Under the pieces are notes generated by a model. It was not told where the DNA came from. It saw nothing but the letters and a program-made list of their open reading frames with translations, and ran no database searches. This document shows, piece by piece, positions 49,454 through 58,146 of a stretch of 64,000 nucleotides of DNA. This DNA is from a virus. The stretch's first letter is position 1; each line of letters starts with the position of its first letter. Made by a program: the position numbers and the translations under genes. The DNA is taken from positions 5,879 to 69,878 of the IMG/VR virus record IMGVR_UViG_3300028666_000032; one strand, 5' to 3'.

Positions 49454-49756
49454 GCAAACCTAAATCCCAGCACCGCAGCAGGTCGGTTGATCTTCCACAT
49501 CCTCGTAACCGTGGCGCAGTTCGAGCGGGAATGGAGCAATGAGCGCAGCTTGCATGGGCTTATTAAGGCCCGGGAGCGCGGCGTGCGCGGCGGTAGGCTC
49601 AAGACCTACACCGATATCGAGATCGCCGCAGCGATGAAGAAGACGAAAGGCAATTACGAAAAGGCCGGGGAGATCATCGGTGCGAAAAAGATCACGATGA
49701 TTCGGCGTTGGAAGAAGATGCCAGGAAAGTTAAAGCTAGGCGTGAAGACGAAATAA
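49454..49756 (+). pseudogene. N-terminally truncated serine recombinase
   Basis: NLNPSTAAGRLIFHILVTVAQFEREWSNERSLHGLIKARERGVRGGR plus HTH aligns with the C-half of 35545-36207; catalytic domain missing, in-frame stop at 49451. Confidence 0.85.
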
Positions 49757-49841
49757 AGTTGCCGAAAATAGCAATAGTATTGCTCCGATTGTAACTATTT
49801 ATTGTAGTCCAAAGGACTATACTCCTAGCTATACAGTCCTT

Positions 49842-51104
49842 ATGGACACCTCGGCTACGGAGATGACTATGGCTACCCAAGAAAACAATACGGTCAAAAG
49901 GACCTTCCAGATACCAGCGGAAAATCTCACCATCTTTCTCGGCAAGATCGACGAACTGAATCGCCGCGCCAAGCGCATGAAGCAGCAACCCATCACTATC
50001 ACGCGCGGACCTGTCGCCAACGCGGTTCGCATGATCTCCACCAAAGTCTATGGCGCGTTCGGCCAGACCGAATGGCGCGACAAGCCAGTCACCGTCGAGT
50101 TGCATGAGATCACCGTTGAAGGTCAATCGCCCCAGATCACCGGCTGGACGCTCGTCTCGCGCCTCCAATACATCGATGGCTCCATTCTTGCCCATAGCGT
50201 CCCCGGCGAGACGTGTCCGGCAAAATACCGCGATGATTGGTCCAAGCGTTGCGACCATTGCAACACCAATCGCACCCGCAAGGATATGTTCATCGTCCGT
50301 GATGAGGCCGGAAAGCACATCTGTGTCGGGCGCAACTGCGTCAAGGATTTTACCGGCCATGTCTCACCGAACGAGCTGGCTTTCGCTGCTGAATGGCTGC
50401 ACTCTGTTTCCGAACTCGGCAACGAGGACAACGATATTTACAGTGGCGGCGAAGATGCCCGCCTCCAACTCACCGACCTTCTGGCCTGTGCTGCTTGCGC
50501 CATCCGTAACATCGGCTGGGTAAGCAAGAAAGCAGCCGACCAGAACGGAACGAAGCCCACTGTCACGATTGCCATGACGCTTTTGTGCGGTAAGCAGCCC
50601 GAGGGGGTGAGTGTCGAATTGATCGTTGACGACAAGGACCAGGCCATGGCGGAAGCCGCCATCGAATGGGCCAAGCAGATCAACCCTCTTGGCGATAACG
50701 ACTACCTGCTTAACCTCCGCTCAATCGCGCAGAAGATCATCATCTCCGGAAGGATTTCCGGTCTCGCGGTTTCGCTCGTGTCTGCCTACCAACGCGAGAT
50801 TGGCATCGTTGCTGCCCGCAAGAAGATGGCGGAAGAAAGCCGCCACGTTGGGGAAGTCGGCAGCCGGGATCGATTCAACCTGACGGTCGAGAAGATCATC
50901 GACATCATTGGTCACTACGGCATGTCTCACATCCACCTTTTCCGCGATGACCATGGCAACGTCATGAAGTGGAAGTCGTCGCGGGAGCGCCTCGATACTG
51001 GCAAAACCTATCAGGTCAAAGGCACGATCAAGTCCCACGACCTATACGCAGACATCAAGCAAACCTGCCTGAGCCGGTGTGTGTGCGTGGAGGCCGCGAG
51101 ATGA
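49842..51104 (+). CDS. conserved phage hypothetical protein (Zn-binding CDHC/VGRNC, C-terminal OB-like fold)
   Basis: CDHCNTNRTRKDMFIV...CVGRNCVKDF; VKGTIKSHDLY...QTCLSRC. Confidence 0.6.
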   Translation: MDTSATEMTMATQENNTVKRTFQIPAENLTIFLGKIDELNRRAKRMKQQPITITRGPVANAVRMISTKVYGAFGQTEWRDKPVTVELHEITVEGQSPQITGWTLVSRLQYIDGSILAHSVPGETCPAKYRDDWSKRCDHCNTNRTRKDMFIVRDEAGKHICVGRNCVKDFTGHVSPNELAFAAEWLHSVSELGNEDNDIYSGGEDARLQLTDLLACAACAIRNIGWVSKKAADQNGTKPTVTIAMTLLCGKQPEGVSVELIVDDKDQAMAEAAIEWAKQINPLGDNDYLLNLRSIAQKIIISGRISGLAVSLVSAYQREIGIVAARKKMAEESRHVGEVGSRDRFNLTVEKIIDIIGHYGMSHIHLFRDDHGNVMKWKSSRERLDTGKTYQVKGTIKSHDLYADIKQTCLSRCVCVEAAR

Positions 51105-51313
51105 GGCCACGCGAGATACGTGCCCTGCGGCTTTCCCTGGACCTGTCACAGCCAGAATTTCTGGAGAGGCTTGGCATAAAATCGGCTCGTTCGGCAGCAG
51201 CACGGCAGATGGTCAGTCGATGGGAGCGCGGAGAGCGAAACCCGTCAGCAGCAGCTACCGCCCTTATCGAGCAGCTTCGCGACAAGACGGCACGGAGGAG
51301 AGCAACGGCATGA
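51101..51313 (+). CDS. XRE-family HTH regulator
   Basis: MRPREIRALRLSLDLSQPEFLERLG...VSRWERGERNP. Confidence 0.8.
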   Translation: MRPREIRALRLSLDLSQPEFLERLGIKSARSAAARQMVSRWERGERNPSAAATALIEQLRDKTARRRATA

Positions 51314-51528
51314 TCGAATTTGACCCAAAGCGGACTCTACCCAACCTGAGCCGATGTCCGTTCTGTGGTGGTGATGCTCATTGGAATTACAGCTCAGGCG
51401 TGGCGTCCGGCGTCTCCTGCATCGAAATGGGTTGCCGGGCCAATGTTTCGTTCCACACGATGCGCAGCGAGACGCCGGAGGAAATTGCCAACCACTGGAA
51501 TACGAGGTTTGTCCGTGTCCAAGCCTGA
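51310..51528 (+). CDS. Lar-family restriction alleviation protein
   Basis: LSRCPFCGG...CIEMGC...IANHWNTR. Confidence 0.7.
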   Translation: MIEFDPKRTLPNLSRCPFCGGDAHWNYSSGVASGVSCIEMGCRANVSFHTMRSETPEEIANHWNTRFVRVQA

Positions 51529-51765
51529 TTCACAAACCACAATAGATCGAGTTGATGCCATGCTCGATGATATGTTCAAGGTCGATGGGCCAGAACTTAT
51601 GCAGCTTTCCCTCGGTGACTTCCGAAAACTTTGCTGGAAAGAGGATGCTTGCGGAGAATTTATCGCGGCGACAGCGACGATGGATGATATGACGGTGATC
51701 CAGGTCTCCAAAGAAAATGGGCCGAGCGTTTTAATTGATCCTGACGGTCATCCGCTGAGGTTCGC

Positions 51766-52137
51766 ATGAACAATCCACAAACCACGAAGGTCACTCACAT
51801 AGCCTTGGTCGATTCTCCGCCTGACCCGAACTGTGTTTGGGAAATGCCAAAGTCGGGAGACGGCATAACTTGGTCTCGCTGCACCAAGTGTGGTGAAATT
51901 AACATGGATGCGAACAAGTCGGTTGAATGTAAATGCCAACAGTTAGAAGTAGCGAAGTCGCTTAAGCGGTGCCCGTTCTGCAATGGAACGCCTGCGCTTT
52001 CAACTGAAACGAAGAAATTCCGGTCAGGTGGAAACGGAAAGGTCCATCAGATATTTTGCATGAACTGCTTTGCGGTGATTGATTCTCTTCACAGCTTCGG
52101 TGATGCCGCTGAGGCATGGAACAAGAGGGTAACATGA
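51766..52137 (+). CDS. Lar-family protein (cassette-motif start MNNPQTT)
   Basis: LKRCPFCNG...CMNC...AAEAWNKR. Confidence 0.7.
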   Translation: MNNPQTTKVTHIALVDSPPDPNCVWEMPKSGDGITWSRCTKCGEINMDANKSVECKCQQLEVAKSLKRCPFCNGTPALSTETKKFRSGGNGKVHQIFCMNCFAVIDSLHSFGDAAEAWNKRVT

Positions 52138-52182
52138 CACAACTTGCGTTAAAGCAGTGCCCATTCTGCGGCGGACATGCGG

Positions 52183-52368
52183 TCATAAGACCCAGTCGGG
52201 AGCGCCTATCTCGGCCCGTTCAAGTGTTTTGCTCCAGCCCTTGAGCCGGAGCGTGGCCTCTTTCTTATCAGCCGTTCGAAGAGAACGTCGATGCTCGCGC
52301 CCGGCAAGTCGGACACGGCCCCAGTATACGTCGCCGCGCTTGTAAAGGTGCCCACTGGCCTTCGACAT
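52183..52368 (-). pseudogene. tyrosine integrase N-terminal (arm-binding) remnant
   Basis: HLYKRGDVYWGRVRLAGREHRRSLRTADKKEA is typical of an integrase N-terminus; stops after about 61 aa with no catalytic domain. Confidence 0.75.
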
Positions 52369-52559
52369 GCCTCGCGTTCCGCTTTGCGAACCCATGCACT
52401 AATCTGGAGAGGGTCGAATGTCCACACGCCTCCGATTTTTCCAGCACCCGGTATTTTCCCAGATGTGGCCATGTTCTGAATTTGGCGGGTCGATAAGCTG
52501 GTAATGCGGGCGACCTCGGAGGATCGAATGCGGGCAGGCAAGATATCCATGTAAGCCAA
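52206..52559 (-). CDS. excisionase-like HTH protein
   Basis: SSEVARITSLSTRQIQNMATSGKIPGAGKIGGVWTFD; overlaps the int remnant, as in xis-int pairs. Confidence 0.75.
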   Translation of the reverse strand: MAYMDILPARIRSSEVARITSLSTRQIQNMATSGKIPGAGKIGGVWTFDPLQISAWVRKAEREACRRPVGTFTSAATYTGAVSDLPGASIDVLFERLIRKRPRSGSRAGAKHLNGPR

Positions 52560-52653
52560 GGCTTTCTGCCGTATTCGGCAATAATATTGCTTTTTGTTTG
52601 GATACTACATCATCTTCATTGACTGTTCATAATTATAGCATAATATATGCCCT

Positions 52654-52836
52654 ATGCAACACAAATATGCACAAATATTGAAGGCACATCGGTTCATATC
52701 CGGGCAGGAACAAAAGGAACTTGCTCGTGATATCGGTCTTACTCAGCCAGAAATTTCTAAGATCGAGCGCGGCCTAATGCCATCCGCAGCCGCACGAGAT
52801 AAGATCATTGATTGGATGGACGGGAAACGACCATGA
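52654..52836 (+). CDS. XRE/Cro-like HTH protein
   Basis: QKELARDIGLTQPEISKIERG; preceded by TTGACT-N16-TAATAT. Confidence 0.75.
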   Translation: MQHKYAQILKAHRFISGQEQKELARDIGLTQPEISKIERGLMPSAAARDKIIDWMDGKRP

Positions 52837-53661
52837 ATAAGAAAACCATCGAAGGCATAATTGGCTTCATCGCCATATTCGCAATCCCGATCGCTCTGTG
52901 GTGTTGGATCGTCATGCATGCGAGGCCGGTATGATCGTCTCTCTCATTCCGCGCCGCCTTCACCAACTTAATATTGACCTTACTTCATTATATGAAGCAG
53001 AGAAATTCCTAACCGATTTAGCAGTGCAGAAGTATTTCGAACGGCAGCTTTTCAAAGGGAGGATAAAATGCAACCTACGGCAGACGGATATATCCATCAA
53101 AGCAGACTGGATGACGCTTTCGAAGAATACGAAGCCTTCGTCCAGTCAGCTTTCCTCGCGCTTGTTCTCACAACACTCAAGCGCGACCTCACGAATGAGG
53201 AAACCCATTTGTTGCAACGATCAGCAGAATTGACGGCTGGCTATGACGGAAACTACCGAGGAGCGGACATTCAAGGTTAAGGCTGGGAAAGTCACCCGGC
53301 ATTTTCAGCAACTCGACATCGAGGATGCCTTGCGGCGAAATCCCGCTTTCAAAGAAATTCCTGAGGAGCAGCCAACCGTCAGTCCTGATCGCACGCCCCA
53401 CTGGAAAACCCAGCTCCGCGACAACGGACGGTTCTCCAGCAAGGAAAGCCAGAAGCGGACGAAGGCCAAAATCAAGGCGACTACCAAATCCCTTCGTCAG
53501 GATGTTCAACATGAGAGGCGCAGCAGAGATTGGCGAGACGACATTGGCGAGTTGATATTCGTTTGCGGGGCATTCGTCCTATTCCTGTGGATTGTGGCCG
53601 GTGGGATCGGGGGAACAGCCGCCATCGTCTCAGCCCTGAATTTCTGGCAGAGGCTAGGGCA

Positions 53662-53838
53662 ATGAGGTTGGCATTCATCCTCCTGCTAGCTCTGATTGCC
53701 TGCTCCGGCCAGACCAGCGTTTACGGCGATTACAACGACACCATGCGCGGCACCTGCTCGGCTCAAGGTGCGCAGCCTGTGACACATTACAGCCATGGTG
53801 GGTGGACGAGCGATTGCAGCGAGGCACTGCCCGAATGA
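53662..53838 (+). CDS. small lipoprotein
   Basis: MRLAFILLLALIACSG lipobox. Confidence 0.55.
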   Translation: MRLAFILLLALIACSGQTSVYGDYNDTMRGTCSAQGAQPVTHYSHGGWTSDCSEALPE

Positions 53839-53844
53839 GTGAGA

Positions 53845-54246
53845 TCAAGTCGATTGCGTATGCGTCCTTACGTTCAATCGCATATAGCTATTACGGGCGG
53901 CTTGAACCTGTTTCTTCGTTAAGCCCAACAACAGGTTAGGTATTTTGCGGCTGTGAACTCCCGGAGAGTTTGCGTTCATGCACAGCGGGTCACTAGATGA
54001 TTGCTTGATGAGAGTCGATTCCAATCGACGCGCTTGTTTCATGCCAACGACCTCTAAAAGAATATGGCGTTCCAGTCTGACTTTAACGATTGACATCAGA
54101 AGCGGCCATATACCGCTTCCCCTATAACCAACAGGAAGTGTATTTTTCGGGTAGCACCCGATATAAAATTGGCCAGTAACCGACCGACGAGCACAATAGA
54201 CGACGTATGATGAATGTCTCGGCTTCGGGCCAACTCTACCACTCAT
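53845..54246 (-). CDS. GIY-YIG-like endonuclease
   Basis: YVVYC...TGQFYIG...YRGSG...ARRLESTLI. Confidence 0.6.
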   Translation of the reverse strand: MSGRVGPKPRHSSYVVYCARRSVTGQFYIGCYPKNTLPVGYRGSGIWPLLMSIVKVRLERHILLEVVGMKQARRLESTLIKQSSSDPLCMNANSPGVHSRKIPNLLLGLTKKQVQAARNSYMRLNVRTHTQST

Positions 54247-55359
54247 TTTGTGGCCTGCCGTAGGAGTGCGCGGACGAATTGGGAGATGTTTTCGAAGCCC
54301 TTGGCTTTGGCCTTCTCCTCGCCCTTCTTATACAGCGCCAGAGGCACAATAACTGAGAGGGTCTTACTAGTCTCGGTATCCATGTTATACCATCATATTT
54401 AATTGTTGACTGTTCGAATATATATGATATCGTAATATCAATCAAGTGATTCGCCGCAAGGCCAACTAAGCAAGAGGAGAAACCTCATGACAGACGCCAT
54501 CGACGTGATGATGAACGCCCTAGACCGCACAGAAGCAGCGCTGCACAATCCTGTGATCGACCTTGCCGCAGAAGCGCGGAAACGGCGCATCGCCAGCAAG
54601 ATCAAGTTTCATCACATGGTGGAGGTTGGCGACCGGGTGTTTATCAGCCACAGCCGCCAAGCTGGCGTGATCCGCGATCTTCTCATCATCACAAAGGATG
54701 CAGACGCGCCCGACAGCACCAGCTACGGCAAGTTTCTCGTGGAGCTTGATAGCGGCCTGATGGTCAAAGAGCATCCCGAACACGTTCAGAAATCGGTGCG
54801 GTCATGAGTTGCGTTTGCTGCAAATCCTGTGGTGTTTGGGTTGACAGCGACGACACCATAGATGGCGCATGGGACAAGGATAAACCATTCGGTTGGAAAT
54901 GTGAGAATTGCCTTGCCGATGATGGAGAGAAGGCCGACGAGCAAGGCTATCGCGTGCCAGACCCGGAAGCCACCATCGATGCTCAATGTGTGAAAGGCGC
55001 GTTCTACCTCATGGAAGCAATCAATGGTCGTGAGGGAAGCCCAGAAGGCAAAGCAGCACTGAAGGAAATTCTGCAAGCAGCGGCTGAGCGACAGAAGCAA
55101 CCGTAACCCAAAACCGGCACCCAAGCCGGAGAAACTAGAATGCCGTCGGAGGCTCGTGGTCGGCAGGTGCTATTGGACAGCAAGGATGCGGCTACGGCCC
55201 CTGCCGCTCCGGCTGGTCAAGCTTCTGCCCAAGCCCATGGCGAGGCCATTGCGGCCAGAGCGGACAGATTATATGCGATCAGGGTTGCCAAGCGGGCAGT
55301 GGGTGGGGAAGTATGAGAGTATTGCCAAAGTAGTATAGAGTATTGTAATCTCATGGGGC

Positions 55360-55890
55360 ATGACGGCCAAGAAACTACGACCATGGCGAGCCCGCCCAAT
55401 CCCTACACCTCTAGATCAACATATAATAGATCGGTTTTGGTCTTGCGTTGATAAAGGGGGTGACTGCTGGCTTTGGACCTCAGGCACTTGGCCAACTGGA
55501 TATGGTCGATTTTATGTTGATAAACAACAGTATTTCTCTCAACGCATTTCTTACGCGCTCACACATGGATCATGTCCACCTGATAAAATGGTCTGCCATA
55601 AGTGCGACAATCCACCTTGCGTAAACCCGGATCATCTGTTCCTCGGCAGCGGGTTCGACAACATGAGGGATATGGTTTCGAAGGGACGAGTAGCCCGTGG
55701 AGGAAACCATGGAGAATGGGTTTCGGGCGAAAAGAACCACAGGGCCAAACTGGTAGCCTCACAAATCGTTGAAATAAGGCGGCTGCGGGCAGCGGGCGCG
55801 GAATGTAAGGACATTGCCAAAAAGTTCGGCATCCATAGGACGAATGTTTCCTTGATAGCGAATGGCCAGCGCTGGAAGCACATCGTCTAA
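55360..55890 (+). CDS. HNH endonuclease
   Basis: CWLWT, VCHKCDNPPCVNPDHLFLGSGFDN and a C-terminal HTH. Confidence 0.9.
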   Translation: MTAKKLRPWRARPIPTPLDQHIIDRFWSCVDKGGDCWLWTSGTWPTGYGRFYVDKQQYFSQRISYALTHGSCPPDKMVCHKCDNPPCVNPDHLFLGSGFDNMRDMVSKGRVARGGNHGEWVSGEKNHRAKLVASQIVEIRRLRAAGAECKDIAKKFGIHRTNVSLIANGQRWKHIV

Positions 55891-55983
55891 CAGACGGACT
55901 TTGACACTAGCCAGCACAGAGGGGGGAATTCGGGCTATGATGACTTCGAAAACTAGTAGATGTAGACAACGAACTTACTGATC

Positions 55984-56050
55984 TAAGCCATTGATACGCC
56001 TGAGGTTTTGTAAACCGCCAACGTGGGTTCGATTCCCTCACCCGGCACCA
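55984..56050 (+). other. attP-like 3' fragment of tRNA-Thr(TGT)
   Basis: GGT-TTTGTAA-ACC anticodon arm, GGGTTCGATTCCC T-arm and ACCCGGCACCA 3' end; no D-arm or 5' acceptor strand; preceded by TAAGCCATTGAT. Confidence 0.7.
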
Positions 56051-56313
56051 ATATCTGGCTTATTTCCGCCATTCTTTCCCCGCATGCAGCGCATAGACCG
56101 CATAGACTGTGCCGGGTTCGGGCACAAGATAAGGAACATTCCCACTAACAATGGGATTAAACTAACACCGCAGAAAATCCCGATAATGCCCGCAATCCCG
56201 CATCGGCTCTGCCTTCTGGCTCCAGATGCGCTCGTGCTGAAGACAGAGGCCGTCGCGGCGGGGTTGGCGCTTGCAGGGTGTCCCCTTGGAGGTGGTGGCG
56301 ACGCAGCGCTCGG

Positions 56314-56745
56314 TCATGCCGTCAATCCAATCGCCATCTCGACCCCGGCCTCTATGTCGGCCCCGCTCACGTAATCTCCCCCGTTTTCGAAGCGGAAGAC
56401 ACTGGCGAGAAGCTTGGCCAAGTTTCCAGAATCTTGCACATTGTATTGATTATTTGGATCGACACCGCAATCTGCAGCGACAAAATTTGCATAGGCGTTG
56501 GTGGGGTTGGCATCCGCAGGGGGTGCCCAGCGGTTGATATATTGCGCGACCGTCGATAGGCCGTGAGACAGACTATATTCGAGGAAGATGCGGGCTGCGG
56601 CCCGGACGCCATATTTGACATTTGAAAACTCCTCGAACTGGTCATCTGAAGATGGGACGATCTTGCCCAGCCACGGTGCTGCGCTGATCCTGATGTTTCC
56701 GGGGTTGGAAAGTCGGATGCCTCTTGGAAGCGTTTCGTCTTTCAT
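56314..56745 (-). CDS. P5-like putative peptidoglycan hydrolase/endolysin
   Basis: RGIRLSNPGNIR...YGVRAA...INRWAPP..N.T.AY...FENG. Confidence 0.7.
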   Translation of the reverse strand: MKDETLPRGIRLSNPGNIRISAAPWLGKIVPSSDDQFEEFSNVKYGVRAAARIFLEYSLSHGLSTVAQYINRWAPPADANPTNAYANFVAADCGVDPNNQYNVQDSGNLAKLLASVFRFENGGDYVSGADIEAGVEMAIGLTA

Positions 56746-57939
56746 CTTTTCAACTCCCCCGCCCGTTTGCCAAACACCTTCTTGAAGAACTCCTTGGCGT
56801 TCTTGCGCTCGGTTTTGGTCTGTCCCTCGGAAAGAATGCGGAAAATCTTCTGTATGTCCTTGCTCTTTTTAGCCATGCGTCAAGTTCTCAGCAGCATTCA
56901 CTAGGTCGCGCCGGTCTTTCCCTAATGGCGTCAAGACGTACTCTCTCGGAACGCTTCCGGGACGCCACGGCAAGGACGCAATAAGCTTTTGCTCGACCAT
57001 GTTGGCAAACAGATATTCATTGCGGACGAAGGCGCGATCCATGATTTGGCGTTTGGTCAGGATTTCGCTTTCTTCCTTAAAAGAGAGCAGCATTGCGGCG
57101 CGGTCGGGGTTCATGGTGTCAACCTCATCTGCCGCGCTAGATGCCCTCGAATATCTGCCGGTAGCCTTGGCGCAACCCGGATTGGCGGCAACTCGGATTT
57201 AACAAAAAGATTGACGACTTCACGGACAGACTTCCAGAATTTCGTTTTCATAGCGGTTATCCTTCTAGCGAGTTGAGTTTGGGAAGGGCGCTGCGGGCGA
57301 TTGGGTGGAAAGGCTTTAGCGGTTCTTTCCCGGCACCGCGCCGCTCAAGCGTTGCGTGCTTCATGCCCTGTGAAATCTCGCCGTTTCCGATCAGCGAAGA
57401 GAGATACCTGAAACGCGCTGCCGTCATGGGCGGCGGTGTTGGCGTTTCCTTTGGGAGCGGCGCACCCATAAATTCATTGTTTGCAAGTGTCATGGCTCTA
57501 CTCCCTGCAATAGTCGAAGCGCCTGAAAAAGCTGGTGCTGCCGTGTTGGGTTAAATGGCGTGTGGTTCATAATAAGATGCGCTCGCATATTCGTAATCTC
57601 ATGCTGCACTAGATCGAGAATGTCGGCGTCTACTGCTATGCGCAAATCCAGTTGTTCGCGTTCTGGCGTCATAACGTCTTTCCCATTCATGCCTCCGGTT
57701 GAATGAGTAGTGCTGCCGAGGCTCGCATGAGGCGGGCGCGTTCGTTCGGCTCAAGGGGCTTATCTGTGACCAATAGGCGGCGCATCGTCTCTTCGGCTGC
57801 GGCAAGCACACTGTCACAGAGCCACATATCTGCCGCAGTTTTGATTTTCTCTTGCGGGTTGGGGATGACGGTTTCGCTCCGGCGAACTGTTACAAGCTGA
57901 TGAGCAGCACGCACATCAGCGAGGGAGATGATCTGAGCC

Positions 57940-58146
57940 TCAGGCATCGAGGGTTATCCCGGCTGCTTTGGCAATTTTCTTTGCGACATTAACGCTGTCT
58001 AATATTTGTGGGACTGTGATGCATGGACGATCAGGGGCCTTGAATATGAAATGGCTCGTGCTTCGTCTTGCCAAAACATACCCGGCGCTCTCAAGGGCCT
58101 CTACAACAGGCTTGATGAAATGCCCACGGGCACCGCCGGTTTTCAA
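57940..58146 (-). CDS. HicA-like mRNA interferase
   Basis: VVEALESAGYVLARRSTSHFIFKAPDRPCITVP...KIAKAAG. Confidence 0.65.
   Translation of the reverse strand: MKTGGARGHFIKPVVEALESAGYVLARRSTSHFIFKAPDRPCITVPQILDSVNVAKKIAKAAGITLDA

Larger units (their letters stand above)
36204..49465 (+). mobile_element. putative recombinase-associated gene-cassette array (about 50 small ORFs)
   Basis: Tandem co-oriented small ORFs, most with an NCWSAWACSAC motif 1-6 codons after the start; bounded by an intact and a truncated serine recombinase. Confidence 0.7.
36216..51785 (+). repeat. dispersed 11-nt motif NCWSAWACSAC (about 50 copies, in frame at gene starts)
   Basis: Copies start at 36216, 36812, 37639, 37871, 38035, 38298, 38920, 39487, 39599, 39870, 40045, 40253, 40426, 40531, 40679, 40891, 41120, 41335, 41477, 41730, 41921, 42121, 42290, 42501, 42667, 42989, 43158, 43367, 43560, 44026, 44423, 44789, 45158, 45318, 45539, 46211, 46461, 46631, 46932, 47150, 47421, 47526, 47724, 47941, 51530 and 51775, plus a few degenerate copies. 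Confidence 0.9.

Noticed and set aside
55984-56050. Intact tRNA-Thr gene
   Set aside because: There is no 5' acceptor strand or D-arm and the stems have mismatches; it is better read as an att fragment.
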